Source: an uncultured Planctomycetales bacterium (GTDB taxonomy: Bacteria; Omnitrophota; Gorgyraeia; Gygaellales; JAHJCI01). Taken from it: a DNA stretch of 64,000 nucleotides. The translations under genes were made by a program, and so were the position numbers. The first letter of the stretch is position 1; every line of letters starts with the position of its first letter. The stretch spans positions 95,935 through 159,934 of the forward strand of contig CAZQEY010000001.1 in NCBI GenBank assembly GCA_964592485.1, read 5' to 3'. The notes under the pieces were generated by a model. It had not been told where the DNA came from, ran no database searches, and worked only from the letters and a program-made list of their open reading frames with translations. Shown here piece after piece: positions 38,773 to 47,659 of the stretch.

Positions 38773-40209
38773 TTATTCTCCTTCTCGCTTATAATGCCTG
38801 GAGCCTCTAAACTTGTAATCTCCTTTAAAATATAAATTATAAAACTGATCAATCAGAACTTCAGTTTGGTTCACATCTTGATTTGTGTGTTTATAATAGT
38901 CTTCAATAAGTTCTTTATTGGCCTCGAATAAACACTCATAGAATCTTTTTTCTGAGATTTCTGTAAAATTAATTGTTAATAAATCTGAATTCTTGAATCG
39001 CTCAAAGAACTCCTCTGGGCCCGATAACAACCCTCTATCTATAGCCTCATAATATAAATCACAACCCGGATAAGGCGTAACTGGTCTTATAGTCCTAATT
39101 TGATTATAGGTATTATATTTCTTTATAAACGCGACATTATCCTTAAGAACCTCCTCAGTATCTCCTTTATTACCCCATAAAAAATTCAATCCCATTCCAA
39201 TGCCCACTTTTTTTGTAAGTTCTGCGGCTTTAATGTTCTGTTCCACTGTGGACTTTTTATTCATAAGGTCCAATACTCTTTGGCTTGAAGACTCCATACC
39301 AAAGTTAAGAAATGTACAACCGCAATCCTTTAACATCTCCAGCAAATCTTCATTCAGTACATCTACTCTAGCATTACAATCAAACTTTATTTTGAGATTA
39401 TTGGCCTTGAGAGAATCCTTAAGTTCTTTTATGCGTTTTTTTGAAAAAATAAATAATTCATCGGATAAAGAAAAATAAGTTATTCCAAAATCATTGTTTA
39501 ATACCTTCATCTCTTCAATAATACTTTCAATACTCCTGAGTCTAATGCCTTTCTCAATTCTATAACAAAAATTACATTTGCCAACGCAACCCCTGCTTGT
39601 CAAGAAACTTATATACCTATCGGTCTTTTCGTGATGAAAAAGTTTAATACAGGTAGCGTAATTATCAACTGGAAATAAGTTCCACTCAGGAAAAGGAATA
39701 TTATTTAAATTTTTAATGGGTTCTCGTCTCTCATTAATATAGCACCTACCGTTTTCTTTATATGCAATCCCTTTAATTTTAGAAAGCTTGCGCCCCCCGG
39801 CTATCTTGCAATGCAACAGTTCAACAATCGTCTCTTCTGCTTCTCCAATAGCTATAATATCTGCTTTGGTTTTATCTAGTATATATTCTGGGATAGGTGA
39901 GGGCCCATGGCCGCCTAACACCAAGTAAGCATTCTTTTTGCACTCATTTATAACCTTGCATAAATCAAGGATGGTTTCCTTAAATCTTGCTGCCATAAAA
40001 CCAATACCGATTAAATCAAACTCGTTCTCTAACAAAAACTTTGATAATTCTTCATTCGAATAATGAAAAACATCCTGCGAATATACAGTTACTTGGGCTC
40101 CCTCTTTTTTTAATACCGAGGCCAAATACCCTATACCCAGAGGAAATACGTTATCATCCTGATAAACATCATGAACTATTAAGAGTACTCTACCTAATTC
40201 TTTCTCCAT
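38773..40209 (-). CDS. cobalamin (B12)-binding radical SAM enzyme (class B rSAM)
   Basis: CxxxCxxC (RGCVGKCNFCYR). I placed the start at ATG 40209 with an AGGGAGA RBS; the track start at 40236 would overlap the upstream gene by 47 nt. Confidence 0.85.
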   Translation of the reverse strand: MEKELGRVLLIVHDVYQDDNVFPLGIGYLASVLKKEGAQVTVYSQDVFHYSNEELSKFLLENEFDLIGIGFMAARFKETILDLCKVINECKKNAYLVLGGHGPSPIPEYILDKTKADIIAIGEAEETIVELLHCKIAGGRKLSKIKGIAYKENGRCYINERREPIKNLNNIPFPEWNLFPVDNYATCIKLFHHEKTDRYISFLTSRGCVGKCNFCYRIEKGIRLRSIESIIEEMKVLNNDFGITYFSLSDELFIFSKKRIKELKDSLKANNLKIKFDCNARVDVLNEDLLEMLKDCGCTFLNFGMESSSQRVLDLMNKKSTVEQNIKAAELTKKVGIGMGLNFLWGNKGDTEEVLKDNVAFIKKYNTYNQIRTIRPVTPYPGCDLYYEAIDRGLLSGPEEFFERFKNSDLLTINFTEISEKRFYECLFEANKELIEDYYKHTNQDVNQTEVLIDQFYNLYFKGDYKFRGSRHYKREGE

Positions 40210-41755
40210 ATATATTTTCTCCCTTATATTGCCCATTTTCCCATAAGCTCTGTATGGCTCTGGTTACGGAAATTACATTTTCTTTAGGAGAAATATTTAC
40301 TAATTTCTTATAGCTACTATCGACATATCCTTGGAAACTGAACTTTTCTAAAGCATAGATAAATGCCCTTACATTCTGAGTATTAACTTTATATCCCTTT
40401 TCTATCTTCGATAAAGCCTCTTTGCAGCTAGACTGAGTCGGAGTATAGAATACCCCTTCGCAACCTCTGTACCATGCGTATCCAAAAATAAGAACTGGCT
40501 TGCCTCTTATTACCGCCTCCCAGCCCACCGTTCCAGTGACTGTGGCGACTGCTTTGGAATTATCAATCAGGTCAAACGATGATACTGAAAGCGACACTAG
40601 TTTTACATTAGGTAGTGAAGCAATATCATCATAAAAATAAAGGGGTCTTGAACGTTCGCCTACTGCATAGGGGCTGAATTGTACTATATGTTCCTTTACA
40701 TACAAACTCCACCCTTTAGGTAACAATTTAGAAAGTAAATCTATCATAAGCAGCTGGTTAACAAAGACTCCTCCATCAGGAGAAGTAGTTTTTTCTGGTT
40801 GATAATGAAGCACAACATAGATATATGGTTTATCAATACAAACCGGCTCTGCCAATTTATTATAACAAGACTTGAGCTTTCGTTTATATTGCTCAGCTTT
40901 AAATTTACACAGCCAGATATATTTAAGATAAGTCATCTTTGAATCATCAAATTTCCTGCCCTTTAGTTTTATATAATTATGTGGCGCAGGCTTATAAATA
41001 AACTGTATATATTTACATAAAGTCCGTAATTTCTTCATAATAATAGTAATGAGATTATTCTCTTTAGCTTTTTGTAAGAATTCATGCTTTATATACGAAG
41101 GGAACGCAATATCATAAGAGCCTAAAACCTTTTTCCAATAATTCTCTGCAATAGGTGACAATGTAAGCTCTAAAGGTTGTCTGCGAGATAGCAGTTCTTT
41201 ATATAAAGATATTACTGGTTCAATCCTATCTTCGAATCTCTCTATCGGATAGAATAGCCCTTCGATGGTTAAGGTTAAAAACGTAACTGTTCTTATTCCT
41301 TGTCTCTTACATAAAATATATAATATATAATCATACACTATATGCGGAGAGGCAGGAAAAACAACAACATCTGGTTGATAATGTTGCAGAACTGAAAGCC
41401 AATACTTAATCTGCAGATGATAAAGTCCTTCTCGCTCCTGATAGGAAAAAGCACAACCAGGATCCATCCTATCAAGCATATTGAATATAGTTGATTCATA
41501 AACTGCTAAATCCTGTAACAATGCTTGATCTAGGGTTGCTAGATTAAGCCCTGAGCAATCATGCGGACTATGCCCTCTGATTGCATCTATGGTATAATGG
41601 AATACTATCTCGGGAAAAGCTCGCTTGACAATACTTTCCAAATCCGGCATGGCAATCCAATAACACGGCTGCCAATCGCTTTCTCTTTTGAGACTCACAG
41701 CCACATCCACCCAAAAGGACTCAGAACACTCGGCAAAGATTGCTTTAATAGCCAT
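40190..41755 (-). CDS. hypothetical protein with a KpsC/KpsS-like (Capsule_synth-type) C-terminal motif; candidate CMP-ulosonic-acid transferase
   Basis: C-terminal TVTGTVGWEAVIRGKPVLIFG resembles the conserved t-x-S-S-x-G-x-E-A-l-x-x-G-k-P-V block of KpsC/KpsS beta-Kdo transferases. YQPEK sits where the other paralog-like proteins carry an HP motif. Confidence 0.45.
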   Translation of the reverse strand: MAIKAIFAECSESFWVDVAVSLKRESDWQPCYWIAMPDLESIVKRAFPEIVFHYTIDAIRGHSPHDCSGLNLATLDQALLQDLAVYESTIFNMLDRMDPGCAFSYQEREGLYHLQIKYWLSVLQHYQPDVVVFPASPHIVYDYILYILCKRQGIRTVTFLTLTIEGLFYPIERFEDRIEPVISLYKELLSRRQPLELTLSPIAENYWKKVLGSYDIAFPSYIKHEFLQKAKENNLITIIMKKLRTLCKYIQFIYKPAPHNYIKLKGRKFDDSKMTYLKYIWLCKFKAEQYKRKLKSCYNKLAEPVCIDKPYIYVVLHYQPEKTTSPDGGVFVNQLLMIDLLSKLLPKGWSLYVKEHIVQFSPYAVGERSRPLYFYDDIASLPNVKLVSLSVSSFDLIDNSKAVATVTGTVGWEAVIRGKPVLIFGYAWYRGCEGVFYTPTQSSCKEALSKIEKGYKVNTQNVRAFIYALEKFSFQGYVDSSYKKLVNISPKENVISVTRAIQSLWENGQYKGENIYGERIR

Positions 41756-41804
41756 TTCTAGCCCTCAAATTATTAACCTTTTTAATATGTATATTTGTGT
41801 ATAT

Positions 41805-43673
41805 TTAGTTAACAGTCTGAATGTCTGCCGTATCCATCATAGCAGAAACACGGCTACCCGCCTCCTCATTGACTTTTTGCATATTATATAATGTCCAATA
41901 AGTTCCTTTTTTAGCAAGAAGCTCTTCGTGTTTACCTTCTTCCGCAACACTACCCTCATCTATTACAATTATTTTATCTGCGTTTTGAATGGTTGATAAT
42001 CTGTGTGCGATCACGATAACTGTATGGCCTTTTAAAATGTTGTTAATCGCTTTTTGAACCAACGCTTCAGATACATTGTCCAATGAAGCAGTAGCCTCAT
42101 CGAGAATTATTATCTGGGGATTCCTCAAGACCGCCCGAGCAATTGCCACTCTCTGCTGCTCTCCCCCAGACAATTTCACACCCCTATCGCCTACGACAGT
42201 ATCATAACCCTGAGGTAGATTACTAATGAACTCATGGGCATTGGCTATTTTTGCAGCATTTACAATATCGCTTTCACTATAATTTTCCAAACCGAAGACT
42301 ATATTTTCGTTTATGGTTGCATTATAAATAAACACATCCTGATCAACAAATCCTATCTTGCTTAACCAGGAAGAGGTATCAAATTCTTCCAAATCTTGAC
42401 CATCAACCATAATCTTACCCGCTTCCGGAGCAAATAAACGTAGAAGTAAATGTACAATTGTAGACTTACCAGAGCCTGATTTGCCAACAATAGCTGTCAT
42501 TTTACCTTTCTCAAATGATACATATGTGCCCTTTAAAAGCTCTACTCTGGCCTTGTGAGAAAAATGAACATTCTTAAATTCTATAGCATTTTTTAGTGTT
42601 CGGAATTCCTTGCTACCTCCAATTATTGTCTGGTTTTTTACGTTTAGTGTAGCATATACTATCTCTACATGAGGGAGAGCCTGGAATATCCGCATCTTCT
42701 GCATTCCTAATGATGTCAATTTAGGTAGTAAATTTAGGATAGCAAATGCCAAGGCACCAAAAACCGGTAAAATAGTCACAAAGCTATCAGGATGACGCAT
42801 ACGTATAACTATGGATACTACCCCGAGGCAAAGATAAAACATCATACGCAATAAAACTTGAGGAAAATTTTGCCATAATTGTGCCTTTTTATAATGATAA
42901 TAATGTCTGTCTATAGCTGTTGCAATTTTTGACATTAAACTATTATAGAATCCATTGACTTTTATTGAACGGATTCCGGTAATAGACTCATTCAAAATAA
43001 CATTATAATCCTGGCGGGATGCTTTTATCTGTTGACCGCAAAGATACAAATGTCTATACCCAATATACTGAGTAAAAACGTGATATGCTACGCCCAAACT
43101 CACTAGAACAACGGCTCCTTTCGGGGTTATCACAAACACTACACATAACAAGGATAACAAAAGTACTGCATCAGAAATAATAGTCATAATTGAAAAATAC
43201 AATGAAATGAGATGCTCTGGAGCTTCTCCTGCTCTATAAATTAAATCTCCCTGTTTATGATCAAGAAAATACTGATAATCCGCATTTACGAACTTACGAA
43301 ATATTGCCAATCTAGCCCTTGTTATTATCCTGGTTATAAGGGTTGCTCGAATTATAATCTCAGTATACATAAAAATACAGAATAGAGTGGAAACTGCCAA
43401 AAAGAATACACAAGCTGCAATGAACTTATCATCTATAGGAATATATGAAATAATAAACTCATTGAACCGAGTAAACATATTCCCTTGAGCATCTTGGACC
43501 CCAAGTCCCCAATTTAATATTGTGTATACTAATGCAACATTAAGCATCCCAAGTCCACCAATCAACAAAGAGTTTGATAACAAAACAAAAGCCAGCAACA
43601 GATGTTGTTTTAAGAAATACCAAATTACCTTTAACTTAGGATATTGCTGTGTGTTTTTGACATTATCACTCAT
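41805..43673 (-). CDS. ABC exporter, fused permease-ATPase (MsbA/PglK-like type I exporter)
   Basis: Six-TM N-terminal domain, then Walker A GKSGSGKST, ABC signature LSGGEQQR and Walker B IIILDEATASLD. Confidence 0.9.
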   Translation of the reverse strand: MSDNVKNTQQYPKLKVIWYFLKQHLLLAFVLLSNSLLIGGLGMLNVALVYTILNWGLGVQDAQGNMFTRFNEFIISYIPIDDKFIAACVFFLAVSTLFCIFMYTEIIIRATLITRIITRARLAIFRKFVNADYQYFLDHKQGDLIYRAGEAPEHLISLYFSIMTIISDAVLLLSLLCVVFVITPKGAVVLVSLGVAYHVFTQYIGYRHLYLCGQQIKASRQDYNVILNESITGIRSIKVNGFYNSLMSKIATAIDRHYYHYKKAQLWQNFPQVLLRMMFYLCLGVVSIVIRMRHPDSFVTILPVFGALAFAILNLLPKLTSLGMQKMRIFQALPHVEIVYATLNVKNQTIIGGSKEFRTLKNAIEFKNVHFSHKARVELLKGTYVSFEKGKMTAIVGKSGSGKSTIVHLLLRLFAPEAGKIMVDGQDLEEFDTSSWLSKIGFVDQDVFIYNATINENIVFGLENYSESDIVNAAKIANAHEFISNLPQGYDTVVGDRGVKLSGGEQQRVAIARAVLRNPQIIILDEATASLDNVSEALVQKAINNILKGHTVIVIAHRLSTIQNADKIIVIDEGSVAEEGKHEELLAKKGTYWTLYNMQKVNEEAGSRVSAMMDTADIQTVN

Positions 43674-43729
43674 GATTATTCCTCAACATATACAAACAAG
43701 ATTCAATATATCAAATCCAATATATCAAC
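43674..43729 (-). promoter_or_regulatory. candidate sigma70-like promoter plus RBS upstream of the ABC exporter gene; contains a tandem 11-bp repeat CAATATATCAA x2
   Basis: The minus strand reads TTGATATATTGGATTTGATATATTGAATCTTGTTTGTATATGTTGAGGAATAATCATG. It has TTGATA hexamers, TATATG about 16 nt downstream of the second one, and GAGGAA 7 nt before the ATG. Confidence 0.2.
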
Positions 43730-44750
43730 TAAACATCCCCCAACTTAAAGGGGTTCCTTTCTTTATATCCTTTTTTGCTATCTTACCCACTATTGATTCT
43801 AAATATTTAGGAGCAAGCCCATATGCAGGTCTGATAGAACTTATATTGTCTTCAGTAAATCTTGCTCCTTTCTGTATATTTTCTATTGCGAATAAAGAAC
43901 GGCGAAAAACCTTACTCTTTTGTTCTTTTTTAGTTAATCCATAATGGACTTCACCTAAGGATTTTTCTACAATCCTTACATTTCCTACAAGTTTTTTTAA
44001 CTCTTCCGGCTCAATTGAGAAAAAGCTATCCGGGCCTTTGTTGCTCTTTGATAAGGTAAAATGTTTTTCTATAATCTCTGCGCCTAAGGTTACAGCAGCA
44101 ATTGATACTCCAATACCTAAGGTGTGGTCCGAGAGGCCTATCGAACATTTAAATTTGTCTCTCATATGGGGAATCGTTTTCAAGTTCATCTCTTCTGGCT
44201 GTGCAGGGTAAGTGCTTACGCATTTTAATAATGTTATATTCTTTGCTCCTGCATCCTTGGCAGTATTTACTGCCTCTTTAATTTCAGAAATAGTTGCCAT
44301 CCCTGTAGATAAAATAAGTGGCTTTTTTGTCTTTGCCATATATTCAATTAGGGGCAAATCAACCAGTTCAAAAGAAGCTATCTTGTGCAAAGACACTCCC
44401 AATTCTTCAAGAAAGTCTACAGCTGTCTTATCAAAAGCCGTAGCAAAAAACAAAATCCCTAAATCGTCTGCTACTTTCTTTAATTTTTTAAACCATTTCC
44501 ACGGCGTATAGGCTTTTTTATATAACTGATATAAAGTCTGACCTCCCCACTGGGGATGTCTTATTCTGAAATATTTATTATCAATATCTATTGTCACGGT
44601 ATCTGGAGTATAAGCTTGAAACTTTACAGCGTCCACACCGCACTCTTTTGCCTTTTTTATAAGTGTAATCGCTCTCTTAAAATTCTGCCCATGATTAGCC
44701 GAGATTTCTGCCACAATAAAACAATTTTTTCTCACCCTATAATCCTTCAT
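43725..44750 (-). CDS. pseI: NeuB-family nonulosonic acid synthase (pseudaminic acid synthase PseI-like)
   Basis: FIVAEISANHGQNFKRAITLIKKAKECGVDAVKFQAY. It sits in a Pse-type gene context. Confidence 0.85.
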   Translation of the reverse strand: MKDYRVRKNCFIVAEISANHGQNFKRAITLIKKAKECGVDAVKFQAYTPDTVTIDIDNKYFRIRHPQWGGQTLYQLYKKAYTPWKWFKKLKKVADDLGILFFATAFDKTAVDFLEELGVSLHKIASFELVDLPLIEYMAKTKKPLILSTGMATISEIKEAVNTAKDAGAKNITLLKCVSTYPAQPEEMNLKTIPHMRDKFKCSIGLSDHTLGIGVSIAAVTLGAEIIEKHFTLSKSNKGPDSFFSIEPEELKKLVGNVRIVEKSLGEVHYGLTKKEQKSKVFRRSLFAIENIQKGARFTEDNISSIRPAYGLAPKYLESIVGKIAKKDIKKGTPLSWGMFS

Positions 44751-46252
44751 TTGACTTTTTTAAATTTAAAAACAGTTGTCTGTCTATCGGCCTTGGACAG
44801 ATTATGCGAAAATACATAACCCGCCTTTTGAAATGCTTTCTTAGAAACAATATTTTCACTAACCACTTCTGCTATTATCTCTTTAATTTTAGGTTTTTCT
44901 TTCATAAAAGCCTCTGTTGCCAGCTTGATAATCCGATTGCCGAATCCTTTACCAAAGAATGCCGGATTCAGATTTACATTTATATAAGCCTGCCTGTCTG
45001 CGTTTGACTCAAATCTCACCTGTCCAACCTTGCCTATTTCTTTATTTACCGCAATATATATACGAGATTGCTTGCTTTGAATTTTTTTATCAAACCATTC
45101 TTTATGACTGTCATATTCTATTCTGTCTGGACTAAAACTCCATTTTCGTACTTCAGGATGGTTTCTCCAAGACCATAAATCATAGCAATCATCCTGCCCT
45201 GCATTTCTCAATTCAATCTCATGATTTCGAGTCTTCCTGCTTTCCAAGCTAAATTTATCTCTTATTAACGCCTCAACTGTCCTTATGGCACCCCCGCCAT
45301 CTATCAAATCCCTTCCTGCTTTGCTGCATCTAATCCTTTCCCCTTGAGGCATCAGCTTGTCTATGGCCTGGCTCAATCTAAAAAGTAATTCTTTATCTTC
45401 ATACCATCCTGCAGATACAACAAATCCATGCCTCTGCCAACCCTCCAAGTTTCTTTCCTGATTCTTAGCCACACAAATTCCTGCCGTGGGAACCCCCACC
45501 CTGGCAAGTTCAGACAGAGTCTGTCCTCCTGCAGAAATAGCTACATCTGCCTTTAGCATAATTTTTTTAATTTGCTCTGCCTTCGGATAATAAATTAAAT
45601 TAGTATTGCTGTCCGCTTCTGATTTAATTAAATCTATGTTGTTAAAAGACCTCCCTATCGCCACGTTCTTCTTAAGATGGGGATAATGTCCTCTCAGGAA
45701 TCTTAAAATCTTGGGCATCATGTTCCTTATGTCATCCCCACCGAACATAACCAAAATAGTCTCTATGTTTTTTTTTATATTTTTATCGGGAACTTTCCAA
45801 AATTCTTTTCTTAATGGTGCATACCTTACCCCTAACAAATAGGTCAATCCTTTCTTGATGGGATAATCAATTTCCTCCGCACAAATCAAACCGTTGAAAA
45901 CTATGCCCCTTGGATAATTCAGCCTCATATTATCATCGATATAGACCGGGATATCTACTAATTCTGAAATCCTCTTATAAAAATTAAAGTCTGCTAAATA
46001 AGAATCAACGACCACCATAGACCTGCCTTTTATAAAATGAAGTATCCATTCCTTTTCTTTTAGCCAATCAAAAATCTTATATTTTCTGCCTTTCAATAAA
46101 TCTTTAACGCTATCATCTCCATTGACTACAAACTCTGACATAAAGCCTTTTTCTTCAAAGGCCTGAGATAAAGAAATACAGCGGCTCATATGTCCAAATC
46201 CGATATCTTTACCACCTTCGGTAATAATAAATACTTTATTAAATACGAACAT
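44747..46252 (-). CDS. bifunctional PseG-like UDP-sugar hydrolase (N-terminal GT-B domain) fused to a PseH-like GNAT N-acetyltransferase (C-terminus)
   Basis: The N-terminus IITEGGKDIGFGHMSRC matches the PseG G-x-G-H-x-x-R signature. The C-terminal ~170 aa have a GNAT fold with FGKGFGNRII. The reading frame is continuous over 501 aa. Confidence 0.7.
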   Translation of the reverse strand: MFVFNKVFIITEGGKDIGFGHMSRCISLSQAFEEKGFMSEFVVNGDDSVKDLLKGRKYKIFDWLKEKEWILHFIKGRSMVVVDSYLADFNFYKRISELVDIPVYIDDNMRLNYPRGIVFNGLICAEEIDYPIKKGLTYLLGVRYAPLRKEFWKVPDKNIKKNIETILVMFGGDDIRNMMPKILRFLRGHYPHLKKNVAIGRSFNNIDLIKSEADSNTNLIYYPKAEQIKKIMLKADVAISAGGQTLSELARVGVPTAGICVAKNQERNLEGWQRHGFVVSAGWYEDKELLFRLSQAIDKLMPQGERIRCSKAGRDLIDGGGAIRTVEALIRDKFSLESRKTRNHEIELRNAGQDDCYDLWSWRNHPEVRKWSFSPDRIEYDSHKEWFDKKIQSKQSRIYIAVNKEIGKVGQVRFESNADRQAYINVNLNPAFFGKGFGNRIIKLATEAFMKEKPKIKEIIAEVVSENIVSKKAFQKAGYVFSHNLSKADRQTTVFKFKKVK

Positions 46253-46997
46253 TTATTTTTCGTTGTTTAAGAAATTGTTTTATTAATAACGGTGTTATTT
46301 CAGTAAAATGAAAAATGCTTGCTGCCGCTATAGCTGAACTTCCTCCCTTCGCTAAAGCCTCAAATGTATGCTCACAATTCCCCGCCCCACCAGAAGCAAT
46401 CACCGGTATTGATACAGCTCCAGTGACACTACGTATTAACTCTATATCATAACCTTGCATAGTGCCATCTCTGTCTATAGAGGTTAATAAAATTTCACCA
46501 GCCCCCATCGCCTCAACTTGTTTTGCGAACTCTGTTGGCTCTATAGAAGTGAGTTCTGTGCCTGAACGAATGAACACCGCATATTTACCGGTTGATATTT
46601 TTTTTGCATCAATGGAGACCATTATACACTGAGAGCCAAACTTGCCAGCTGCATCTCTAATAATATTTGGGGTAAGAAAGGCGGCACTATTGATCACAAC
46701 TTTATCAGCACCATACTGCAAGAGACGTCTTATATCCACAACCGTTTTTATACCTCCACCGACAGCCAAAGGCATAAAACATTCATCAGCAAAATCATCA
46801 ACTAAACTAAAATCTGGAGGCCTATTTTCTAAAGTAGCTGCGATATCAAGAAAAACTAATTCATCTACCTCCCGCATGTTATATACTTTTACTGCTTGCA
46901 TCAAACTACCCACGCGGCGCCAACTATCAAATTGCACGCCTTTAACAAGGGTAAAATTTTTATAAAGAAGGGTTGGTATAATTCGTGTTTTCACCAT
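46239..46997 (-). CDS. hisF: HisF-like cyclase subunit (WbuZ-like)
   Basis: RIIPTLLYKN...VDELVFLDI...GGGI HisF TIM-barrel blocks. Confidence 0.85.
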   Translation of the reverse strand: MVKTRIIPTLLYKNFTLVKGVQFDSWRRVGSLMQAVKVYNMREVDELVFLDIAATLENRPPDFSLVDDFADECFMPLAVGGGIKTVVDIRRLLQYGADKVVINSAAFLTPNIIRDAAGKFGSQCIMVSIDAKKISTGKYAVFIRSGTELTSIEPTEFAKQVEAMGAGEILLTSIDRDGTMQGYDIELIRSVTGAVSIPVIASGGAGNCEHTFEALAKGGSSAIAAASIFHFTEITPLLIKQFLKQRKINVRI

Positions 46998-47012
46998 GAT
47001 TTAAAATCCTTC

Positions 47013-47639
47013 TTAAAGTAACAAAAAATTACGTATTATCTTAAGGCCAAAATGCTGACTCTTTTCTGGATGAAACTGAACACCAAAAATATTCTCTTTG
47101 CAAACTGCGGAAATAAAATATCCACAATAAGGGGTCCTTGCACAAACGTCAATTTCTCGCTTACATATAAAATGATAACTATGTACAAAATAAAAGTCTT
47201 TTCCCGTAGGGATATCTTTAAATAAAGGTGTGGATTGAGTAAAGGCAACTTCATTCCAACCTATATGAGGTATTTTATCAATTGATTGTTTAGACTCCAA
47301 TCTTTTTACCTCCCCCTCAATCCATCCTAAACCCTCAGTTTTTCCTCCTTCGAATCCAGTTGTTGCCAGAAGCTGCATACCCAGACAAATACCAAGTAAT
47401 AGGGTTCGTCTCTCAATAACCTCTTGCCTTAATATCCTATCAATGCCTAACTTACGTATATTAGCCATCCCATCGGCAAAAGCCCCAACTCCCGGGAGGA
47501 TTATCTTATTTGCAGTTTTTAAATCACGGATGTCGTTAGTAAGAATCGGGGTTCCTTCACACTCCTCTACTGCTCGAGCAATAGAATCCAGATTTCCCAT
47601 ACCGTAGTCTACAATTGCCACTTTTTTCATAAATATCAC
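47013..47639 (-). CDS. hisH: HisH-like glutamine amidotransferase (WbuY-like)
   Basis: KVAIVDYGMGNL, GICLGMQLL and HPEKS. About 50% identity to the other HisH homolog at 26989-27699. Confidence 0.9.
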   Translation of the reverse strand: MIFMKKVAIVDYGMGNLDSIARAVEECEGTPILTNDIRDLKTANKIILPGVGAFADGMANIRKLGIDRILRQEVIERRTLLLGICLGMQLLATTGFEGGKTEGLGWIEGEVKRLESKQSIDKIPHIGWNEVAFTQSTPLFKDIPTGKDFYFVHSYHFICKREIDVCARTPYCGYFISAVCKENIFGVQFHPEKSQHFGLKIIRNFLLL

Positions 47640-47659
47640 CGTATATTTAAAAGAGTTTA

